The notes under the pieces: model-generated
The model's input: the letters and a program-made list of their open reading frames with translations, nothing else
Databases searched by the model: none
Told to the model about the DNA's origin: nothing
Program-made: the position numbers and the translations under genes
DNA from: Candidatus Bathyarchaeota archaeon
Lineage (GTDB): Archaea; Thermoproteota; Bathyarchaeia; 40CM-2-53-6
Assembly (NCBI GenBank): GCA_963833125.1
Contig: CAWHWX010000012.1
Coordinates: 32,001 to 96,000, forward strand
Reading direction: 5' to 3'
DNA length: 64,000 bases
Part shown: positions 58,394-64,000 of the stretch, piece after piece
Layout of the letters: each line of letters opens with the position of its first letter
How positions within the stretch are numbered: the first letter of the stretch is position 1

Positions 58394-58986
58394 TATCGCG
58401 GCGTCCGATTGCCCTTACCGGGGATGGTGAACGTCACTAAATCACCAGGTTGAGAGAGTACCGTTGGGGCTCTCGGGATAGGGACTATGTTGAAGTGAAC
58501 GGTATCGTCCGATTCCTCTTTCGCTTTGTGCCTAGTCATTCTCGGAAACCCATGTGATCGGCAAACGTCGGCAGCTTTCAAGGCGCGGGGGTTATCGAAA
58601 ACACTTTGTGGGTTCGGGTCCGTTAGGAGGTAGTGTAGTGAATTGACGACCGAAATTAGTTTGAGCCGTGGGTCCCATTTTTCTCCGAGGACAGATACGC
58701 AAACTGCGTTTGGTATGTTCGGGACAATATTCGGGTGAGAGATATCGGTGAGCCAAGTCGCCACGGGAGGCTTCAATGGATATTCGGGTGGCAGGTCGAG
58801 TTTGAATCGATTCCAGTTCACGTACTCGGTGAAGGGCCAGACTCCTTTCTCGGCAAGTCGTCTCACCTCTCCTTTCTCGCACCGGATTAGGCCCTCGAAT
58901 TGGGTAGGGGGGTCATTTAGCGCTGTGATTGTCGGGAATTGGTGGTTGAGGAGGCTCTTCTCCTTGTAAAGCAGGGTAGCGTCCAA
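58393..58986 (-). CDS. Ubiquitin-conjugating enzyme E2
   Basis: F.L.LP.EYP.KPP...W.T.I.HPNI......VC.SVL...W.P...L..V..SL..LL.DPNP. Confidence 0.93.
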   Translation of the reverse strand: MDATLLYKEKSLLNHQFPTITALNDPPTQFEGLIRCEKGEVRRLAEKGVWPFTEYVNWNRFKLDLPPEYPLKPPVATWLTDISHPNIVPNIPNAVCVSVLGEKWDPRLKLISVVNSLHYLLTDPNPQSVFDNPRALKAADVCRSHGFPRMTRHKAKEESDDTVHFNIVPIPRAPTVLSQPGDLVTFTIPGKGNRTPR

Positions 58987-58998
58987 GCGGTTTCAGCC

Positions 58999-59241
58999 CT
59001 ACCCGCCAATTATGTTGTATGGCATGAGGGCGAGTTGCGCATTTTCTGGAATGCCGGATCTCGCTACGGTAGTGCCTTCGTCTAATATTGCGCCTCCGTA
59101 CATGAGAGCGACCGTTGTTGGGTCAACCCCAAATGACGTACACACCTGCTGCTTAATCTCTGCAACCGTGTGGTCAGGGATTACGTCGATCTCTGCCAGA
59201 CCTGTCTGAGGGCCTATGGGGGCTTGAATGAATAATTTCAT
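58999..59241 (-). CDS. Ubiquitin-like modifier ending in GG
   Basis: 80 aa: IDV.P..TVAEIK..., LMYGG.IL.E..TV...GI...A.L.L, C-terminal IIGG-stop. Confidence 0.9.
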   Translation of the reverse strand: MKLFIQAPIGPQTGLAEIDVIPDHTVAEIKQQVCTSFGVDPTTVALMYGGAILDEGTTVARSGIPENAQLALMPYNIIGG

Positions 59242-59296
59242 CTTCTATCGTTCACCTCCACTCATGCTGCCTTGTCTCTCCATATAGGAGCCTAAA

Positions 59297-60835
59297 CTAC
59301 CTTACTGTAAGCTCGACAGTTAGGGCGTGTACGAGCCCGCCTCCAACTGCCTCTATCGTGATAGGGTAGGTCCCTCCCTTTGTAAAGGCTGGTATTGTTA
59401 TTTGGATTGTTATTGTAGTCGTTCCGGGGCCTCCAGGTAGAACAGTCGGGTTGCTTGTCAAGGTATACTTTGCTCCTTGAGGGAGGTTCAGCAAGGTTAT
59501 GTTCACAGGGTCTACGAACCCTTTTTGGAGAGTTAACCTAAGATTAAGTGTCGCCTTTGAACCGGTCTGTACTGTGACACTGGTTGGCGAGATTTGCAGT
59601 GAGAAATCGGCTACCGTTATGTTAAGTACTGTTTGTCTGGTTACATACGGTGATTGAGAGGGTAGGTAGTCGGCAATCAGAGCTATTGGATAGGTGCCGT
59701 TAGGGGTAGTCGAGTCTGCGGTCACATTCAAGCTCACGGTTGTTCCTGTAGGAGCAGGGTTTGTCGAGAATGTGATCGTTAAGCCGCTGGGGTTTCCGTT
59801 GGCCGAGAGCTGGACTTGTTGTGCGAACTCATTGATTGACACTATCTGGATCTTTGTGACTGCATACCTCGTTCTGTACACTGTGAGCGAGCTGGTTTGT
59901 GGTAGGATGTTGAAATCCGCAATGACGATGTGGTATGTGTTCGTGTTGACTTGCTTGCCTGTAGAATCTGATGCTCTGATGTAGTAGGTGATGTTTCCGG
60001 TCACCTGATTACTTGGGATGACGTAGCTGAATTCTCCGGTCCCAATCGAATTCATGGGGACTTGTGTGGTTGGGCCCTCGGTTGCTGGGCCATAAACCAA
60101 GGTTACGTTATGCGCAGGACCAGTTGTGTTGGCAGTAATCGTAATTGGTGTTCCAATGGTCCCTACCGAGACGGGGTTATGAATGATGGCTACCGACGAT
60201 TGCGGGGATGTCTTGTAACTATAGATTAGGCCTCCAAATACTGCCAGCAACACAACCAGAACAACCAAGACCATGGCCAGCGCTGCACGCTTTGTCAGGA
60301 CTTGTCGTGCAGGTGGTCGTCGTCTGACTTCTACAGTCGGCGTGGGCGCTACAACCGTAGCTGTCGTTTGACGCGGTGGGGTGGCGTCCTTTGGATCAGA
60401 GTAAACTATTATGTTCGCTTCGGGGATCCGAATGGCTTTGTCAGTTCCTGGGATCACCCTGAAGTATCCGACTTCTCCGTTTCTTGAATCAACCACCAAG
60501 CCTGTAATCAATGCTGAGAATTGCTGTAACTTTTTTTGAGTTGAAATGTCCGTCTCGGAAAAGAATAATCCATCCCTAGTGTGTGAGTGGTACCATCCTA
60601 CGATGTTGCCTTTGAGGCGTCCAGAAACGAGTTGATCGGCTATGATTGCTATGGAGCCGGGCGGTAGTGTGGCGCGATGAGGTTCGGATGAGAATTCATG
60701 AGTGGTTGAGTCTTCGATGATTATTGTGTCGTCTTGGAGTTTGCCGAGTAGTAGCCCAATAATCTCGGTTTCGGTGTCCCGTGCAGCTTGGACAATCCTG
60801 TCCTTGACAGGTTTCGAGATGCTGACGTAGGACAT
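59297..60835 (-). CDS. JAB/MPN+ (JAMM) metalloprotease fused to TM and extracellular Ig-like domains
   Basis: EIIGLLLG...GWYHSH-x7-S-x2-D; TM at about aa 185-207; two DF.L..SP.S.TV..G..A..GTYPI beta-sandwich repeats. Confidence 0.9.
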   Translation of the reverse strand: MSYVSISKPVKDRIVQAARDTETEIIGLLLGKLQDDTIIIEDSTTHEFSSEPHRATLPPGSIAIIADQLVSGRLKGNIVGWYHSHTRDGLFFSETDISTQKKLQQFSALITGLVVDSRNGEVGYFRVIPGTDKAIRIPEANIIVYSDPKDATPPRQTTATVVAPTPTVEVRRRPPARQVLTKRAALAMVLVVLVVLLAVFGGLIYSYKTSPQSSVAIIHNPVSVGTIGTPITITANTTGPAHNVTLVYGPATEGPTTQVPMNSIGTGEFSYVIPSNQVTGNITYYIRASDSTGKQVNTNTYHIVIADFNILPQTSSLTVYRTRYAVTKIQIVSINEFAQQVQLSANGNPSGLTITFSTNPAPTGTTVSLNVTADSTTPNGTYPIALIADYLPSQSPYVTRQTVLNITVADFSLQISPTSVTVQTGSKATLNLRLTLQKGFVDPVNITLLNLPQGAKYTLTSNPTVLPGGPGTTTITIQITIPAFTKGGTYPITIEAVGGGLVHALTVELTVR

Positions 60836-61187
60836 GAGTTTGTTTCCCTTTACTTTCTTATCTTATAGCTTGATTGGATGGCCTAATCTTTCGACATAGG
60901 ATGATATGGATTACGCGGTTTCCTGGCGTCCATCTGGGCATTGTATAGAGTGAAGCACAAGATGGGGAGCTGCAGTCTAGCGTTGTGAAGCATGGTTCAA
61001 AGCGAACAGATGTTATTGGGCCCGGGTTAATGGAACAACAGAATCATGGATTAGGGACAGCTTGTGGATGTTTGAAACTATCCAGCAGTTCTAACAATCT
61101 TTTCGGACTGAAGCTCACTAGTCAGCTTTAGGGCTCGCTGGTCCCCACTGGAGACTGAGCGTCCCGGAAGTTTACAGGGAAGAAGTG

Positions 61188-61205
61188 AAAGATAAGAAAA
61201 AAAAA
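61188..61205 (-). terminator. Oligo-T terminator candidate
   Basis: T9 tract on the minus strand about 20 nt after the 61226 stop. Confidence 0.5.
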
Positions 61206-61225
61206 TTTGGGGGTGCCCTACGCTT

Positions 61226-62068
61226 CTATCGTCCAAGCATGCCGAGTATTCCGCCCAGCACACCTAAGACGAAGCCGGCCACAAAGCCTCCACCGATTAT
61301 GAGGCTTAGCACTGCCATCGGGAAGACGACGATGCTTCCGATTGTTCCGTAGCCAAGCAGCATCAGTATTGACCCGATTACCAGTATTAGCCCTATGATT
61401 ACGCCGATTGCGAATGATAGGCTAGCAGGGCCGAGTGCTGGCAACCAGAAGAATACTCCGACCCACATCGCGTAGAACCCAGGCGCAAGCAAAGCTGCTG
61501 CGTTGAGGATTACAAGTATCCCAGCGATTACTGAGAGAATGAATCCCCATAGTGATCTGGGTGACGAGGGGGCGTACATTGGCGGTGGTGGATACACTGG
61601 GTAGGCAGCTGCTGGTGGAGCCATCGGTGGTGGACCGAATGCTGGTCCAGCCATAGGTGGAGCCATCATAGGTGGCGCTGCCATAGGCGGTTGGCTATAG
61701 GATTGAGCCATTGGCTGTTGGGGCGGGCTATAGGCGGCTTGTGCTGGTTGTTGTGCTACCATTGGAACGACTCCTGCGTAACATTGCGGGCACAGGACGA
61801 GATCCATGTATGCTTTTGAGTCATCGCAACAAATCGACCTTCCACAGCGGTTGCAGACGTATACTGCTGGGAGGTTGGGGTGATAATAGCATTGTCCTGG
61901 TGCGGGCACACGAATAGGTCCGCCTTGGCTGACTGGTGTTACTACGCGGACGGATGGGACTGGTTTGAGTGAGGGGACCGCGCTGCCTGCGAGAGATGCT
62001 CCACAGCTTGAACAGAATGATGCGTCATCACGATTGTTGTAGCCGCATGATGGGCATTTCTTGACCAT
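61226..62068 (-). CDS. Zinc ribbon + B-box-like + Pro-rich linker + multi-TM membrane protein
   Basis: CPSCG..N..DA.FC.SCG; CYYH-x8-CNRC-x4-C-x2-D-x9-CPQC; PPPPMY; C-terminal hydrophobic helices ending GGGF..GF.LG.LGGILG. Confidence 0.82.
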   Translation of the reverse strand: MVKKCPSCGYNNRDDASFCSSCGASLAGSAVPSLKPVPSVRVVTPVSQGGPIRVPAPGQCYYHPNLPAVYVCNRCGRSICCDDSKAYMDLVLCPQCYAGVVPMVAQQPAQAAYSPPQQPMAQSYSQPPMAAPPMMAPPMAGPAFGPPPMAPPAAAYPVYPPPPMYAPSSPRSLWGFILSVIAGILVILNAAALLAPGFYAMWVGVFFWLPALGPASLSFAIGVIIGLILVIGSILMLLGYGTIGSIVVFPMAVLSLIIGGGFVAGFVLGVLGGILGMLGR

Positions 62069-62553
62069 TTTTCTAATTTTCCTCCTTTAGTTAATTGACT
62101 CTGACGCACGGAGGGCCTATAAATGCACTTAAGCGTTTGGTCACGTATTGTCACATTGGTGAATGGTGAAAGTCAGATTATACCATTTTTTAACGCAAAA
62201 AGTTAGTGCACGCAACGTGACAGCCCTACCCCAAACCTCCGGCGTTTGCTTGACCTGTCATAATCTCATTTTACCAATTGGCTTGAATCTGCAGTTCCAG
62301 CGCCCTGATTTACGGCTCACGCATTGTCGAATCACCAATCAGGCTCGGTGTGTCGTGTAGGATTGTGCAACCATGCCGTTCAAGATCGCTTGCCCGTATT
62401 TGGAGGTAAGCTAAGGAAATCGGTCGCACGGTTAGCGTTTAGCCCTAGCTCATCTTCAACTTTCTATCTTGAAGTTTTGATTCCTCCAACGCATTGAGCA
62501 TCCAGATGCCAAGGTTAATTAGCAAACATTCCAACGCCTCCAGACCGACAAAA

Positions 62554-62662
62554 GCCCCGGTGGCTCAGCCTGGTAGAATCACCTAATGCCACAAGCGCCG
62601 CCTTGGTAACGCACAAGACGATTAGGCGAAGGTCGCGGGTTCAATTCCCGCCCGGGGCTCCA
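62554..62662 (+). tRNA. tRNA-Thr(GGU) with two introns (D-arm ~17 nt, anticodon arm ~15 nt), CCA encoded
   Basis: GCCCCGG/CCGGGGC stem, CGCC-TTGGTA..A-GGCG, GCGGG-TTCAATT-CCCGC. Confidence 0.85.
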
Positions 62663-62757
62663 AAACCCATTGACTCGTTAAACTGAATTCGATACTTTTA
62701 GACTCTGTTCGATTCAACTGAAATTGGGGGAATTTGGGTGAAGTCGTTCTGTGCCGA

Positions 62758-63267
62758 CTAGTGGCATTGAAGAGAATTTCTCATGGAGTCCATGATCCTA
62801 TCGTATCTGCCACCGCTTCCGCTTGGCGTCATAGTGTACAGCACGTAATATCTGTTTGATTTGGGGCAGTGAACGTGTAAGGAATATGCTTCCCTCGGAA
62901 TGCTCTTGCTTCCAGTTAGGCCAGCTGATCTTTCGTCGAACTTAACCTTGTTCACGGAAACTTTGTGATTGTGTAGGGATAATGTGTCACGGGATACTCG
63001 CTCGAAGTTCTTCACATTCTTGCCCTTCTTCATGGCGTCAAGGCTGAAATCTGCGTGTTCTTCGGTAGTTGGGAATCGTTTAGAGACCTTCTCCAAATCT
63101 CCCCAAGAGAGGTATATTCTAACCCGGTCCACTTTGTCGGGGAGATGGAACACGACGTCGCCTGATTCGCGCCGCCCTTTCGAGTTGAATTCGACCCGGC
63201 TCTCTTCAGGGTAGTCTAACGAGAAGCCGTAGATGCTGAAATTTTCGAAGGAATCTGTCACAGCCAA
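62758..63267 (-). CDS. Hypothetical protein (possible PsbP/Mog1-like fold)
   Basis: F..YGFSLDYP..., C....RYYVLY, ..I..S..C pattern. Confidence 0.6.
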   Translation of the reverse strand: MAVTDSFENFSIYGFSLDYPEESRVEFNSKGRRESGDVVFHLPDKVDRVRIYLSWGDLEKVSKRFPTTEEHADFSLDAMKKGKNVKNFERVSRDTLSLHNHKVSVNKVKFDERSAGLTGSKSIPREAYSLHVHCPKSNRYYVLYTMTPSGSGGRYDRIMDSMRNSLQCH

Positions 63268-63606
63268 TCTCGAAGAGAAACGAATTCGTTAGACTTAACT
63301 CTGTTGCACATTCATTTTCGATTAAAAATATTACAAAAGAATGGATATTATTGGATCCCCACAGCGAACCCAGGGGGCTAGGACGCCTATACCCTCAATG
63401 CGCCGTCTTTGCGTGGGTTTCCAGTTCTTCCTTGGTCTTGAAGAATTGCTTGCAGGCTGGACAAACATATGTTCCTTGCGACATCAATCTCACCGAGAAA
63501 TAATGAACGATTCTCCAATATATGACTTAGCTCTTACAGCTCAGTTTATTCATCTCATTAGCCGAAGTAAACGATTCGCATAGACGTAACAAGACGTAAA
63601 AGAACG

Positions 63607-64000
63607 TGGGCAATCAGCACCACCCAGCCAGGCCGCACGGGGAATTTGGTTTCTTGGAAGGATCATTCGCCGAATCAATTAGGCTCGCTACACGGTTCCG
63701 CGAACTCAATGACGAGCAGCTGAGTATCCTAGAACGTGTTGATGAAGCATGTCAGGAACTTTACTTACCAGAATTCGAGCATTACATCGCACACAAGTAT
63801 AATGCCGAACTCCCCAAGATTCTGAAGAAATACAACCTAATGGGTTTGACCGTATCGCCCGATTGGGGCGGCGCAGGCGCAGACCCGCTTACTTGGGCCT
63901 TGGCTCTAGAACGTTATGGACAGTTGGGACTCGGCGTAGTCACGTTCGTCGACGTCCACTCCCTACTTGCCTCACTTGCAATCCAACAGTGGGGAAGCGA
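63607..64000 (+). CDS. Acyl-CoA dehydrogenase, N-terminal part (frameshifted, truncated by window end)
   Basis: LNDEQL.I.E.V, LMGL.VSPDWGG.G.D.L..AL.LE..G, ..VH..LA...I..WGS; start uncertain. Confidence 0.75.

Noticed and set aside
57143-59241. ThiF/MoeB plus ThiS/MoaD sulfur-carrier or SAMP system
   Set aside because: A bona fide E2 lies between them, the modifier has ubiquitin-type sequence features, and no thiamine or molybdopterin genes are adjacent.

Overview
Archaeal chromosomal window. The rRNA signatures, intron-rich tRNAs and gene content point to a TACK lineage, plausibly Bathyarchaeia-like (inference). Many housekeeping genes carry single-base frameshifts typical of unpolished long-read assembly. 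Main discoveries: (1) A ~9.5 kb integrated element (5969..15480) is bounded by a perfect 54-bp direct repeat that is the 3' end of the RNase P RNA gene. The repeat also splits the element's tyrosine integrase gene in frame (SSV-type intN/intC logic, but targeting rnpB rather than a tRNA). (2) A eukaryote-like ubiquitin cluster (54903..62068) encodes a membrane-anchored JAMM protease with an extracellular Ig-like region, a GG-terminated ubiquitin, an E2 and a Ubl-E1 fusion. It is flanked by B-box/zinc-ribbon/PPxY proteins and has no RING E3. (3) The 16S-23S operon has a 50-nt BHB intron in 16S (E. coli ~908) and a strongly divergent peptidyl-transferase centre. (4) All three tRNAs carry two introns each. 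The rest is ordinary metabolism: tiaS, nnr, tsr3, hutUI, a liv ABC transporter, a 2-oxoacid:ferredoxin oxidoreductase, trpB2 and dinB.
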